Shown: positions 26,203-36,662 of the stretch, piece by piece
Layout: each line of letters starts with the position of its first letter
How positions within the stretch are numbered: position 1 is the stretch's first letter
Source of the DNA: an uncultured Acidobacteriota bacterium
Lineage (GTDB): Bacteria; Acidobacteriota; Blastocatellia; RBC074
Direction: 5' to 3'
NCBI GenBank assembly: GCA_963796275.1
Contig: CAWCKY010000004.1
Span: forward strand, 1,216,001 to 1,280,000
Length of the DNA stretch: 64,000 bases
The notes under the pieces: generated by a model
Seen by the model: the letters and a program-made list of their open reading frames with translations, nothing else
What the model was told of the DNA's origin: nothing
The model's database searches: none
Made by a program: the position numbers and the translations under genes

Positions 26203-26637
26203 ATGAACCACCGCAATACCAAACAGAGGCGGGTGATCCTTGACACCGTTGAACGCCATGGAGGTCATTTGACGGCTGACGAGATCTATCAACTCGCCAG
26301 GCGGCGCCATCCGCATTTGAGCCTCGGAACGGTCTATCGTAACTTGCGCGTGCTCGCCGCTCAGGGCGCGGTGCGAGAACTCGATTTCGGTATGGCGGTC
26401 ACCTATTTTGAGACTACCAAAGACCCGCACTATCACCTGATCTGCCGCGTTTGCGAGCGGATTGTTGATGTGGAGATGCCGATCGAACGTGGCCTGATGA
26501 AGATGGTGATGCGAACGCCGGGTATCGGCGGCTTTCAGATCGAAGAACATCGTCTTGATTTTATAGGCGTCTGCGCGGCCTGCCGGAATTCCGACAAAAA
26601 GGGCCCTGCGAAACAGCGGACGCTCAAAGCTCGATAA
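26203..26637 (+). CDS. Fur-family regulator (PerR-like)
   Basis: HLTADEIY, SLGTVYRNL, HYHLICRVC, CAAC; upstream of rubrerythrin. Confidence 0.9.
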   Translation: MNHRNTKQRRVILDTVERHGGHLTADEIYQLARRRHPHLSLGTVYRNLRVLAAQGAVRELDFGMAVTYFETTKDPHYHLICRVCERIVDVEMPIERGLMKMVMRTPGIGGFQIEEHRLDFIGVCAACRNSDKKGPAKQRTLKAR

Positions 26638-26661
26638 CAATCACATCCGTAGGAGGAATAA

Positions 26662-27081
26662 ATGCCAGTTCTTGCAGATACCAAAACCCATGCGAATTTA
26701 AAACACGCGTTCGCCGGTGAATCGCAGGCGAATCGCCGTTATCTATACTTCGCGCGCCAGGCGGATATCGAGGGTTATCCCGATCTCGCCGGTTTGTTCC
26801 GCGACACGGCTGAAGGCGAAACGGGTCATGCTCATGGCCATCTGGACATGTTGAAGGAAGTCGGCGATCCGGCGACCGGCGAGCCCATCGGTAACACCTC
26901 GAAGAACCTTAAAGCAGCAATTGCAGGCGAGACCTATGAATACACCGAGATGTATCCGGGATTCGCCCGCACAGCCCGCGAAGAGGGTTTTGAAGAGATC
27001 GCGGAATGGTTCGAGACGCTCGCACGGGCTGAGCGTTCACACGCGGGTCGTTTCCAGAAAGGGCTCGATTCGATTTCATAA
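26662..27081 (+). CDS. Rubrerythrin, short aerobic type without rubredoxin domain
   Basis: [37 protein letters not shown]. Confidence 0.93.
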   Translation: MPVLADTKTHANLKHAFAGESQANRRYLYFARQADIEGYPDLAGLFRDTAEGETGHAHGHLDMLKEVGDPATGEPIGNTSKNLKAAIAGETYEYTEMYPGFARTAREEGFEEIAEWFETLARAERSHAGRFQKGLDSIS

Positions 27082-27232
27082 TTGGTTGTCGGATTTGTCG
27101 GATATCGGTTGTCGGTTGTCGGTTGTCGGAAGCAATTCGCGAGTTTGTCAATGCGAACCGGCAACCGATAACCGATAACCGATAACCGATATCCGTCAAC
27201 CGACAACCGATATCCGACAACCGATATCCGAC
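27082..27232. repeat. Heptamer-armed palindrome (CGGTTGT/ACAACCG/ATAACCG)
   Basis: About 6 units on the left arm and about 10 complementary units on the right arm, filling the intergenic space. Confidence 0.9.
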
Positions 27233-27237
27233 TGAAT

Positions 27238-28545
27238 ATGCTCGAACAAGGCGATCTCTCATCTGTTCCGGTCGAGTGGGATAAGACCGAGTATTTGGAC
27301 GGGAAATCTCTCGATAAGGAGTTGCGGCGCCAATACGATGTCTGCAATTCCTGCCGTCTCTGTTTTAACCTCTGCCCCGGCTTCCCGAAACTCTTTGAAC
27401 ATTTCGACAGCGACGAGGTCGATGCCGAAGCGGACAAGCTGACCGGAGCACAACTCTGGGAATTCGTCGACCTCTGTTACAATTGCAAGCTCTGCTTCAT
27501 CAAATGCCCATACACGCCTCCGCATAAATTCCTGATCGATATTCCGAAGCTCGTCATGCGGGCCCGCGCAATCGAAACTAACGAAAATGGGACAGACCTG
27601 CGCGAAAAGATGCTGAGCAGCCCCGATGAAATCGGGCCGCTTGCCAGCAAGGCGGCGCCGCTCGTTAATTTCGGCAATGGAAACAGGGTTAATCGCATCC
27701 TGATGGAGAAGACTATCGGCATCCATCGCGATAAAATCCTGCCCCGTTTTCACACCGAGACATTCGAAAGATGGTTCAAGAAGAACATCGGCAAGGCGAC
27801 TTTCACGCCTAGGACGAAAGTCGCGATCTTTCATACCTGCATCGTCAATTACAACGAGCCGCAGATTGGGAAGGCCACCGTGAAGATTCTCGAGAAGAAC
27901 CTGGTGGGCGTCATAGATCCGCCGGGACAGCGATGCTGCGGAATGCCATACCTGGACAGCGGTCGGATCGATGATGCACTCGAACATTTCCGCGACAACG
28001 TGAAGGCGCTCCTGCCGTATGTACGTCAAGGTTATGACATCGTAGTGCCCGAGCCGACCTGCGGAATGATGCTCAAGAAGGAATACATAAATTATCTTCA
28101 AGGTGAGGAGCATGCGCAGGCGGCTGAGGTTTCAAAACGCGTATATGATGTGTCGGAATACATGGTCAAACTCAACAGCGAGGGCAGGCTCAACCGGGAA
28201 TTTACGGTCAACCCCGGCAAAGTGGCGTATCACCAACCCTGTCATCTGAAATACCAGGCAATCGGGACCAAGACGATTGAACTCTTGCGGCTGGCGGGTG
28301 CAGAAGTAATCTTCATCGACAAAGGCTGCTCGGGACACGACGGAACCTGGTCCATGAAGAGAGAATACTTCAATCTGGCGCAGAAGGTGGCCCGCGGGCT
28401 ACACCGCGGAGTGAACGAATCGGGCGCCGATCAGGTAGTTACGGATTGCTCGCTCGCCGGACTCCAGATAACTCAGGGCACCGGCCGCAAAACAATTCAT
28501 CCGATCGAACTGGTCGCTAAAGCTTATGGAATCGATCCTGAGTAG
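27238..28545 (+). CDS. Rubrerythrin-associated Fe-S oxidoreductase (GlpC-like, CCG domains)
   Basis: [37 protein letters not shown]. Confidence 0.85.
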   Translation: MLEQGDLSSVPVEWDKTEYLDGKSLDKELRRQYDVCNSCRLCFNLCPGFPKLFEHFDSDEVDAEADKLTGAQLWEFVDLCYNCKLCFIKCPYTPPHKFLIDIPKLVMRARAIETNENGTDLREKMLSSPDEIGPLASKAAPLVNFGNGNRVNRILMEKTIGIHRDKILPRFHTETFERWFKKNIGKATFTPRTKVAIFHTCIVNYNEPQIGKATVKILEKNLVGVIDPPGQRCCGMPYLDSGRIDDALEHFRDNVKALLPYVRQGYDIVVPEPTCGMMLKKEYINYLQGEEHAQAAEVSKRVYDVSEYMVKLNSEGRLNREFTVNPGKVAYHQPCHLKYQAIGTKTIELLRLAGAEVIFIDKGCSGHDGTWSMKREYFNLAQKVARGLHRGVNESGADQVVTDCSLAGLQITQGTGRKTIHPIELVAKAYGIDPE

Positions 28546-28548
28546 TTT

Positions 28549-29136
28549 ATGAAAAAAGTAGACCGCTCTGAAATTTTAGATATTGCCCACTACGAAAGAG
28601 TCCGCCATGAATTTCGCAGCCGTATTATCGCACTCAAAAAAAAGCGGCGCCTCGGAGTCGGACCGATGATCACACTGCTTTTCGAAAATCACGAGACGGT
28701 GCTCTCGCAGATCCAGGAAATGATGCGAACTGAACGGATCGTCGATGAGAGGGCGATCCAGCACGAGATCGATACTTACAATCAACTTTTGCCCGAACAT
28801 AGCGAACTCGCAGCGACGATGTTTATCGAGCTCAAAGACGAGGGCCGCATCCGCGAACAGATCACGAAATTTCATGGGCTCAATTCCGGCGAAGTGACTT
28901 ACCTAGAAATCGGAGGCGAGCAATTGACCCGTTTGCCGGCCATCTTCGCGGCGGGGCAAAGCGATGATCACCGCATCAGCGCTGTACAATACCTGCGCTT
29001 CCGCTTTACCGACGGCCAGCGCGATGCCTTTGTAAAAGGCGAGGCGGAGGTTAAGCTGATGATCGACCATCCGAACTACAAACATAGAGAGCCGATCGAT
29101 GGCGAGTTGCGCAAGGAATTGGCGGGTGATTTATGA
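28549..29136 (+). CDS. DUF3501 family protein
   Basis: LLFEN.ETV..QIQEMMRTE, YNQLLP, SAVQYLRF, IDHPNY; known partner of rubrerythrin and RFO. Confidence 0.85.
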   Translation: MKKVDRSEILDIAHYERVRHEFRSRIIALKKKRRLGVGPMITLLFENHETVLSQIQEMMRTERIVDERAIQHEIDTYNQLLPEHSELAATMFIELKDEGRIREQITKFHGLNSGEVTYLEIGGEQLTRLPAIFAAGQSDDHRISAVQYLRFRFTDGQRDAFVKGEAEVKLMIDHPNYKHREPIDGELRKELAGDL

Positions 29137-30162
29137 TTGAGCCGAGCGACGATGTCCGCGCCGAATACGACGCCATCCGCCATGGCATTGCGGTAATTGA
29201 TTTTTCGTCGGCCGGTAAATTGCAACTGAGCGGCAAGAATGCGGTTCAGTTTTTAAACGGCCTGGTGAGCAATGACGTGAAGGTGTTGGGGGCAGGCGAC
29301 GGTGCGCTTGCGGCGTTTCCGAATCTGCAGGGAAAACTGGTCGCGCTCTGCCGGATTTACAATACGGGCTCTTTCCTGCTGATCGAACTGGAAGCAGTCA
29401 ATCGCGAGAAAATATTCAAGAACCTGAACCGGTTCGTTGCGGCGGGTGAGTTTTTCGTCGCTGATGTGAGTGAAAAATATGGCTTGATTTCAATGCAAGG
29501 TCCGCGATCGGCAGAATTGATCGAAAGCCTGACCGGACAGACCCCGTATCAAATTCCATACAAGTATCTGGGAGAAGAGCATAGCAGGCTCAAACGCCCT
29601 GATTGCCGCCAACAATCGTTGTGGCGAGATCGGGTTCGATATTTTCATACCTGCCGAGTCAGTTGCGGTGGTCCGGGAGACGATTCTCACACGCGGGAGA
29701 GAATTCGGGCCTATCGAAGCGGCTGGACAGGAGGCATTTGAGATAGCCAGGATTGAAGCGGGTATCCCGCGTGATGGGATCGATGCGGGAGAAAATTACA
29801 TCATACTGGAATCTGAGTTGAACGAAGCGGTGAGTTATACGAAAGGATGCTATCTGGGTCAGGAAGTGATTGCGCGCATTCACTGGCGAGGGCAGCCGGC
29901 GAAGCGATTACGCGGGCTTTTGGTTGACGCAGAACAGGCCCCGCGCCCGGGCGCAATGCTTTTTGCCGGCGATGGGAAAAAGACCGGAGAGATCACCAGC
30001 AGCACTTACAGTATCGGACTGGGCCGCCTCATCGCGCTCGCTTATGTACATCGTTACTATCTCAATCCGGGAACCGAGTTCACGGTGAAAGAGGGCGATC
30101 TGGAGCTGGGCCGCGCCCAGCTGGTCGAACTTCCTTTCGTACACTCGATGATCATGCAGTGA
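29133..30162 (+). pseudogene. YgfZ/GcvT-like folate-binding protein, +1 frameshift at about 29570
   Basis: Removing one G from CTGGGAG joins PYKYL to EKSIAGSNALIAANNRCGEIGFDIF. KGCYLGQE signature is in the downstream frame. Confidence 0.85.
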
Positions 30163-30212
30163 GCTTTAACCGATACGGCTAACCTTTATTATAATTGATT
30201 TCCATAAGCTTC

Positions 30213-30494
30213 ATGGAAGAGCAGTCAAATACAGAGAATGAGAATCCCAAGTGGGCTCTCGAATCGGCCGAGGTTGCCTACGCTGTGATCGCTCGCTACG
30301 TCGATCATGCGCAGGTATCAGGCCTTCTCATCGCAATGCTCGCCAGCGCGCTCGGCGAAGAGCGGCTGAAACCGATTGTGCAGAGCGAATATTGGCAAAA
30401 CTATCTGGCGAGCAAACGATCGATAGCCGAGGCGATGGAAGAGATTGAACGATTGACTGCTATCATCGAAAAAACGAGACAGGAGATACGATGA
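30213..30494 (+). CDS. Hypothetical protein
   Basis: Helical ORF with ATGA coupling to the rhodanese gene. Confidence 0.6.
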   Translation: MEEQSNTENENPKWALESAEVAYAVIARYVDHAQVSGLLIAMLASALGEERLKPIVQSEYWQNYLASKRSIAEAMEEIERLTAIIEKTRQEIR

Positions 30495-30820
30495 ATAACT
30501 ACGGAGCTATTACAGTCGAAGAGCTGAAAGCCAGGCGGGACGCAGGTGAGGGACCGCGTATTATCGATGTGCGCGAGCCCTCGGAGAATCGCGTAGCACG
30601 CATCGAGGGGGCCGAACTCAAACCGCTCGGACAGATCGGGCAGTGGGCACAGGAGCTCATAGACAAGGATGAAGAGATCGTCCTTCATTGTCACCACGGC
30701 ATGCGTTCGGACCGGGCGTGCCAATATCTTGCCAGCCAGGGCTTTACCAACACCAAGAATCTGATCGGAGGAATTGATGAATGGTCCTCGAAGATCGACC
30801 CATCAATTCCACGTTATTAA
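30491..30820 (+). CDS. Rhodanese-like sulfurtransferase
   Basis: IIDVREP, HCHHGMRS, NLIGGIDEW...IPRY. Confidence 0.9.
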   Translation: MNNYGAITVEELKARRDAGEGPRIIDVREPSENRVARIEGAELKPLGQIGQWAQELIDKDEEIVLHCHHGMRSDRACQYLASQGFTNTKNLIGGIDEWSSKIDPSIPRY

Positions 30821-30824
30821 TTCT

Positions 30825-31307
30825 ATGGCTCAGAAAATCCGACTTGCGTTTCTAAGCTTCTGGCTCGGAGCGATGTGCGTCTTCAGCTTCGTCGTCGCGC
30901 CGGCGGCATTCGCCGTTCTTCCCGAACCGCGACTCGCGGGAAGCATGGTCTCCCGGGTGCTCGGAGGCGTCGAGATTATCGGCATAATCTTCGGCGCCAT
31001 CATATTGCTCAATTTGCTCCTCTTCCGTGAAAAACGGGAGAAACCATTTCGTTTTGAGTCGGTGGCCGTCGTATTGATGACATTATCAGCGATTCTCTCG
31101 CGATTTGTTGTTTCCAGCCATTTACACGATCTGCGCGTGAGTTATGGCGATCAACTCGCCAGTCTGGCGAAATCCGATCCTATCCGCGCCGGCTTCGACC
31201 AATGGCACCAATATTCGGTCGGGCTGATGGTCTTCAATATCATCGCCGCGATCGTTTTGATAGCGCTGCTCTCACGGCGCGGTCCCTCATCGCAAGGCAA
31301 TGCTTGA
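30825..31307 (+). CDS. DUF4149/TMEM205-like membrane protein
   Basis: FWLG...FSFVVAPAAF, FDQWHQYS, 4 TM segments. Confidence 0.75.
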   Translation: MAQKIRLAFLSFWLGAMCVFSFVVAPAAFAVLPEPRLAGSMVSRVLGGVEIIGIIFGAIILLNLLLFREKREKPFRFESVAVVLMTLSAILSRFVVSSHLHDLRVSYGDQLASLAKSDPIRAGFDQWHQYSVGLMVFNIIAAIVLIALLSRRGPSSQGNA

Positions 31308-32214
31308 TCCCGATCGCCTGAGCTTCGAGTTCGAGGCGGGCCCGACCAGGCCACGTCTGGACGAGTTTGTGGCCGCGCAACTCCCCAAGGTCAGTTTGAC
31401 TCGCATTCGCCGTCTGATCGCCGAGGGCGATGTCCTCATCAACGGAGAAAAATCGGTCAAAGGTGTGCGCCTCGCGGCGGGCGATCGAGTCTCGGTGAAA
31501 ATCTTTGCGGCCGAAAAATCGTCGACGACGCCCGAACCGATCCCACTCGACATCCTATATGAAGACGACCATTTGATCGCCATCAACAAAAAGGTAGGCT
31601 TGCTCGTCCACCCATCGCGGAGTGAAAAATCGGGGACGCTTACCAACGGACTGGCTTATCATTTCTGGCAAACGACGGGATGCGCCATCCGCCCCGGTCT
31701 CGTTCATCGCCTCGACCGCAACACTTCGGGCGTCATTGTAATTGCCAAAACGCCGCGCGCGCATCGGACACTCTCAAAGCATTTTCGCGAACGCCGGGTG
31801 AAGAAATTCTACCTGGCGCTCGTCAGCGGTAGAGTTGAACAGGATCGTGGAGAGATCGAGGCTCCAATCGGTTATGACCCGAAGGTCTGGCCGCACTGGT
31901 GCGTTATGAGCGACGGAAGAGAAGCGCAGACGCGTTACATGGTGAAGAGAAGATTTAGCGCATACACTCTGCTCGAATTGGAGCCGCTCACCGGCCGCAC
32001 GCATCAATTGCGAATTCACTGCAATCTGATCGGCTATCCGATCATCGGTGATCCGATCTATTCTTCCCGGCTCGATCCGCTCGCAGCAACGCACCATTTG
32101 AAACATCACCTTCTGCATGCTTCCCGCCTGATCTTCCGTCACCCGGCAACCAATGCGGAGATGGATTTTGAAGCGCCCATGCCGCAAACTATGCTGGCGC
32201 TGATGGAAAAATGA
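31300..32214 (+). CDS. RluA-family pseudouridine synthase with S4 domain
   Basis: GLVHRLDRNTSG, TGRTHQLRIH, PIIGDPIY. Confidence 0.93.
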   Translation: MLDPDRLSFEFEAGPTRPRLDEFVAAQLPKVSLTRIRRLIAEGDVLINGEKSVKGVRLAAGDRVSVKIFAAEKSSTTPEPIPLDILYEDDHLIAINKKVGLLVHPSRSEKSGTLTNGLAYHFWQTTGCAIRPGLVHRLDRNTSGVIVIAKTPRAHRTLSKHFRERRVKKFYLALVSGRVEQDRGEIEAPIGYDPKVWPHWCVMSDGREAQTRYMVKRRFSAYTLLELEPLTGRTHQLRIHCNLIGYPIIGDPIYSSRLDPLAATHHLKHHLLHASRLIFRHPATNAEMDFEAPMPQTMLALMEK

Positions 32215-32275
32215 ATTCTCGGTTTTCCGTCGCCGCATTATGCTCGCAACTGAACCTATAACTGGAACCTTTTGA

Positions 32276-33193
32276 ATGAACGATTATGACGTGATCATCA
32301 TCGGCGGCGGGCCCGCGGGAATGAGCGCGCTGATCTGGTGCCAATCGCTCAATCTGAAAGCAGTCTTGCTCGAACAGGCGGCGGAGCTCGGCGGGCAGAT
32401 GCTGCAGATGTTCCACCGCATCATCGATTACCCTGGTCTGATCGCCGAGGACGGTCGTGATCTGCGCGAGCACTTCCTCGCTCAATTGAAAGAGCTGAAG
32501 CTCGAGTATCGCACCGGCGTCCGGTTGGGCGAGCTAGATTTGCGAGAGAGGCGGCTTCTGTGCGATGGCATGATGATAACCGGCGGCGCAATCATCATCG
32601 CGACCGGGGCGCGTAAGCGCAGGCTCGGCATTCCGGGCGAATCGAGATTTGAGTCTCACGGCGTCAGTTACTCCGCGACGCGCGATCACTCGCTTTACGC
32701 GGGCAAAAAAGTATGCGTCATCGGCGGCGGCGACTCCGCCGTCCAAAATAGTCTGATACTCTCGCGCATCTGTCCCCAGGTCACGCTCATTCATCGTTCC
32801 GACAGTTTCCGTGCGCGCGACCGCTGGCTCAAAGAGGCGCAAGCGAGCCCGCGTATCTCGATCATCCCGCACGCGCTGGTCAGGGCAATCGAGGGCGATC
32901 AAAAAGTTGAACGATTGATCATCGAAGATTGCCGCTCCGGTGCAACAAAAATAATTCAAACAGAAGGAGTCTTCGTCAGAATCGGCATCGCACCGAATTC
33001 GGAAGCCTTTCGCGGCCAGATCGAGCTCGATGAAATCGGGTATATCAAGATCGACCGGCGCCAGCGAACATCAATGAGAATGATCTACGCGGCTGGCGAT
33101 GTGTGCCGGCCGGTATGTTTGAGCGTGGCGACTGCGGCAGGACAGGGAGCGACCGCGGCGAAGGCTATTTCCCGGAGTCTGAAAAGGCTATAG
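32276..33193 (+). CDS. TrxB-fold NAD(P)/FAD oxidoreductase lacking CxxC
   Basis: IIGGGPAG, IIATGA, VIGGGDSA, IHRSDSFR, YAAGDV. The active-site position reads YSATRD. Confidence 0.85.
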   Translation: MNDYDVIIIGGGPAGMSALIWCQSLNLKAVLLEQAAELGGQMLQMFHRIIDYPGLIAEDGRDLREHFLAQLKELKLEYRTGVRLGELDLRERRLLCDGMMITGGAIIIATGARKRRLGIPGESRFESHGVSYSATRDHSLYAGKKVCVIGGGDSAVQNSLILSRICPQVTLIHRSDSFRARDRWLKEAQASPRISIIPHALVRAIEGDQKVERLIIEDCRSGATKIIQTEGVFVRIGIAPNSEAFRGQIELDEIGYIKIDRRQRTSMRMIYAAGDVCRPVCLSVATAAGQGATAAKAISRSLKRL

Positions 33194-33361
33194 GAAATAA
33201 ACGAAAAGAAGAGAAGGAACGAATGAATCGAAAAAATCTTAAACTCTTCGTTATCGCTTCGGGCGTCAGGATGCGGCTCAAGGCAATCTCTCGGGTTTTG
33301 TTGTGTATATATTCGTCTGTAATTCGTTTTCTCTATTCCGACCTGGGACGGCTATCTGCGG

Positions 33362-34144
33362 CTAAAAACCGGAATTAGTTATATCGTTCAGAAACGGAAG
33401 CTCCCGCCGATATTTGACCAATTCTTCCCTGCTCAGTTCGGCTCTGATCACACATTCCTCTCTTCCACCATCAGCCAACACATTTCCGCTCGGATGCACA
33501 ATCAAGCTGCGGCCCGGATGAAAGAATTTCGGATCGCTGCCGAACCGATTGACGCCTATAACGTAAGCCTGATTCTCAATCGCGCGGGCCCTGAGCAAGG
33601 TGGTCCAGTGCTCCTCCCTCGCCACCGGCCAGCTCGCGATCACCGTATAAAGGTCTGCTCCGCGTTTAACCGCCGCGCGGAATATTTCGGGGAACCGCAG
33701 GTCATAGCAGATGAACGATGCAACTTTGAATCCCTCGAGATCGAATAGGCACAAGCTGTCACCCGCCGCGTAATGATCGGATTCCCCGCCCAAGGTGAAG
33801 GGGTGAAGCTTGGAATAACGCGCTACCTCACGACCATCGGTCGAATACACGACACATTGATTAATACCGCGACCATTCGGATGTTTGGTGACCACACCCC
33901 CAAGAAGATAAATCCGATATTCTGCCGCGGTCTGCGCGAGGAAGGCTTGTGTCTCGCGCGTATCGCTATCCTGGATTGCAGCGACATTCATGGAGAAACC
34001 GGTCGCGAACATCTCGGGCAATACCACCAGAGTGCCAGGCTGCGGCTCGGCCTTTTCTATCATCGAACGGATATTCGCGTGATTAGCAGGTTTGTCCTCC
34101 CAAACGACATCGGGTTGTATGCCGATCACTTTCATTTTTTTCAT
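33362..34144 (-). CDS. Carbon-nitrogen hydrolase (omega-amidase-like)
   Basis: LPEMF, YSKLH and ICYDLRFPE form the E-K-C triad. Confidence 0.9.
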   Translation of the reverse strand: MKKMKVIGIQPDVVWEDKPANHANIRSMIEKAEPQPGTLVVLPEMFATGFSMNVAAIQDSDTRETQAFLAQTAAEYRIYLLGGVVTKHPNGRGINQCVVYSTDGREVARYSKLHPFTLGGESDHYAAGDSLCLFDLEGFKVASFICYDLRFPEIFRAAVKRGADLYTVIASWPVAREEHWTTLLRARAIENQAYVIGVNRFGSDPKFFHPGRSLIVHPSGNVLADGGREECVIRAELSREELVKYRRELPFLNDITNSGF

Positions 34145-35310
34145 GCTCCCATAATGGTTTTGATACCATTAACCAGACGGCCAATGCCTTCCGCAACGGT
34201 ATCTTTCTGCAGCGCTCCATAAGCGACGCGCAAATAACACCCATCATCCATCCCGAATGCATCGCCGGGAATCACCGCTACTCCGTGTTCACGCACCAGT
34301 CTCTCTACCAGGGCGAGCGGCTTTATCCCCGTGTCGAGTTTGATCAGAAAATAGAATGCCCCATCCGCCGGAGGAACCTGACAGCAATGCCTGATCCGAT
34401 CCAGTTCGTTTAAAACCAGTTCGCGGACTTCCGTCAATTGCATCAGCCTATCAAGGCAATAATCTTTTCCAACCCGCATGGCGCCGATTGCGGCGAACTG
34501 CGAGATTACCGGCGGGCAGATCAACACCGTATCCTGAATTTTGTTGATCGCTTCAAATAGATGATCGGGGATCACCATAAAGCCGATTCGCCAGCTGGCA
34601 AATCCGTACGCTTTCGAGAGGGAATAGAGCGATATCGTATGCGAGTTACTGCCGGCGAGCGACCCTGGCGAAAAGTGGCGCTTATCGCCATAGGTGAAAT
34701 ATTCGTATGCCTCGTCGCTGATGTGGTATATGCCGGCCTGGCGGCAGATATCATTCACTTCGCTGAGCGCGGATTTGGAATAGACTGCGCCGGTCGGGTT
34801 GTTGGGAGAAATTGTCACCACTGCGCGAGTCTTGTCCGTTATGGCGGCGGCGATGAGCCCGGGTCGCAGCTGATAATTCTCGTCAGTCTGTACGAGCACT
34901 GGCTTACAATTGGCCATCGAGATCGCCATCTCGTGATTGAAATAATATGGCAGGTTGAGGATGATTTCATCGCCCGGGTCGGTGATCGCGAGGAGCGCAT
35001 TGACGAAGGCCATATTGCCGCCTGCAGTAACGATTATCCGGCTTCCTGGTTCCACGGTAATCCCGTTCTCGGAAACGAGCTTCGACTCGATCAGTTGTAG
35101 AAGCAGCGGTATGCCGTAGACAGCCTGGTATTTATGATAATCCGGATTATCGAGGAAAGTATGAATCTGATCGATCGCCTCCGGCGGCGGTCCATAAGAT
35201 ACGACGCCCTGGCCGAGAGAGATTGTTCCGGGTCTACGGCGGATCATCTCACCGACTACAGGAATGACCGGCGATTGCACCAGCTGAATTCTCCGCGCTT
35301 CCCTTCTCAT
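34141..35310 (-). CDS. PLP-dependent aminotransferase class I/II
   Basis: SPNNPTG, SDEAYE, SLSKAYGFASWRIG. ATGA coupling to the hydrolase. Confidence 0.92.
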   Translation of the reverse strand: MRREARRIQLVQSPVIPVVGEMIRRRPGTISLGQGVVSYGPPPEAIDQIHTFLDNPDYHKYQAVYGIPLLLQLIESKLVSENGITVEPGSRIIVTAGGNMAFVNALLAITDPGDEIILNLPYYFNHEMAISMANCKPVLVQTDENYQLRPGLIAAAITDKTRAVVTISPNNPTGAVYSKSALSEVNDICRQAGIYHISDEAYEYFTYGDKRHFSPGSLAGSNSHTISLYSLSKAYGFASWRIGFMVIPDHLFEAINKIQDTVLICPPVISQFAAIGAMRVGKDYCLDRLMQLTEVRELVLNELDRIRHCCQVPPADGAFYFLIKLDTGIKPLALVERLVREHGVAVIPGDAFGMDDGCYLRVAYGALQKDTVAEGIGRLVNGIKTIMGA

Positions 35311-35352
35311 AAATCTATAACCCTTTGCCCCCTTCCTCTATTCTTCACTAAA

Positions 35353-36438
35353 TCAATTCCCATTTTTATTTTGCAGCGCTTTCCACGCTTTCACATACTC
35401 CTCCGTCTTCGGATTCGCGGTATTCCATTTGGGCGCTACCCGATTATTCGCAATATTGATGAGCGCGAGAGCGATCATTCGATCGACGCGCGCCATATTT
35501 TCATAATCGATTCTATCCCAGTGGTCGGAGGGGCGATGATAATCCGGATATTCGAATGCGACGCAGAGCGTGTGCGCCGGCACGCCGGCATCGGCGAGCG
35601 CCTGATTATCGCTGCGAGCGAAGAAAAGATCGCTGTTCTTCTCGTCTTTGTAAACCCTGATGCCGGTCATAGTTCCCGCCGCTTTGAAAATCCCACCAAG
35701 ATCTGTGAAATCGAATCCGGTCATCGATACGCTATTGATTTGCGCACCTTCGGGGCTATCGGTTCTTCCAACCAGTTCGAGATTGACCATGGCCACGGTC
35801 TTCTCGAGAGGAAAGACCGGATGCTGGCCGTAGTAGACGGAACCGTGAAGCCCTTGCTCCTCTCCCGACCAGGCGATAAACACAATGCTGCGTTTCGGTT
35901 TCCGCTTCATGGTCGATAATGCCGAAGCAATTTCGATCACCGAGACTGTCCCGCTGCCATCATCGTTCGCCCCGTTGTAGATCGAATCGCCGTCGACCGC
36001 TTCGTCGATGCCCATGTGATCGTAATGGGCTGAGATAATGACATAACTCTCTTTTAATACCGGATCCGATCCGCGCAGAAGTCCAATCACATTCTTCTGT
36101 CCGCTGGAAATCTGAAAGTAGCTTTTCCCCATCTCGCCCGCCGGTTCCAAACCCGCCCGGCGGAATTGGGAAGCGATGTATTCAGCCGCCAGGTCTAACC
36201 CGCGCGATGGAGTTTTCCGGCCTTCGAGAAGGTCCGAGGCGATGAAAGACAGATGCCCACGCAGGGAATCGGCCGTAATTCGATCGAGCACGGGGCGCAA
36301 AGCGGCCGGGATGCGTCGTTTCGATCCCTGAGTCGCCGCAGGGCGTTGGACGGTCTGTTGCGATAAGGCATGACCGATCGAGGAAAAACTTAGAATTATG
36401 CAAAGTGAGAAACTGTACGTGGTATTACGTTTTTTCAT
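35353..36438 (-). CDS. M28 family peptidase, secreted
   Basis: SAHYDH, NGANDDGSG, GEEQGL, RSDN, DYHRPSD. Confidence 0.9.
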   Translation of the reverse strand: MKKRNTTYSFSLCIILSFSSIGHALSQQTVQRPAATQGSKRRIPAALRPVLDRITADSLRGHLSFIASDLLEGRKTPSRGLDLAAEYIASQFRRAGLEPAGEMGKSYFQISSGQKNVIGLLRGSDPVLKESYVIISAHYDHMGIDEAVDGDSIYNGANDDGSGTVSVIEIASALSTMKRKPKRSIVFIAWSGEEQGLHGSVYYGQHPVFPLEKTVAMVNLELVGRTDSPEGAQINSVSMTGFDFTDLGGIFKAAGTMTGIRVYKDEKNSDLFFARSDNQALADAGVPAHTLCVAFEYPDYHRPSDHWDRIDYENMARVDRMIALALINIANNRVAPKWNTANPKTEEYVKAWKALQNKNGN

Positions 36439-36662
36439 TTATAAAAATATGATCGACACAAAATAGAAAAGAGCGCACTAAAAATTGATACTGATGAAGA
36501 ACTGCTTTGAACCAATGCAATCGTCACAGAACTTCAAAGTAAGCCCCAAAATTCAAATATACCGTAAATATTTACAATAGCCCATATATTCTCACGGCCC
36601 TGCATTTTAGCCCACATTGAACTACAAGCGTCCGGCTTGAATAAACATTTAGGAGCTGATCA

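Noticed and set aside
26909-27437. ORFs reading through heptamer repeats (GYRLSV..., also at 2244, 18616 and 62125)
   Set aside because: These are translation artefacts of period-7 repeats.
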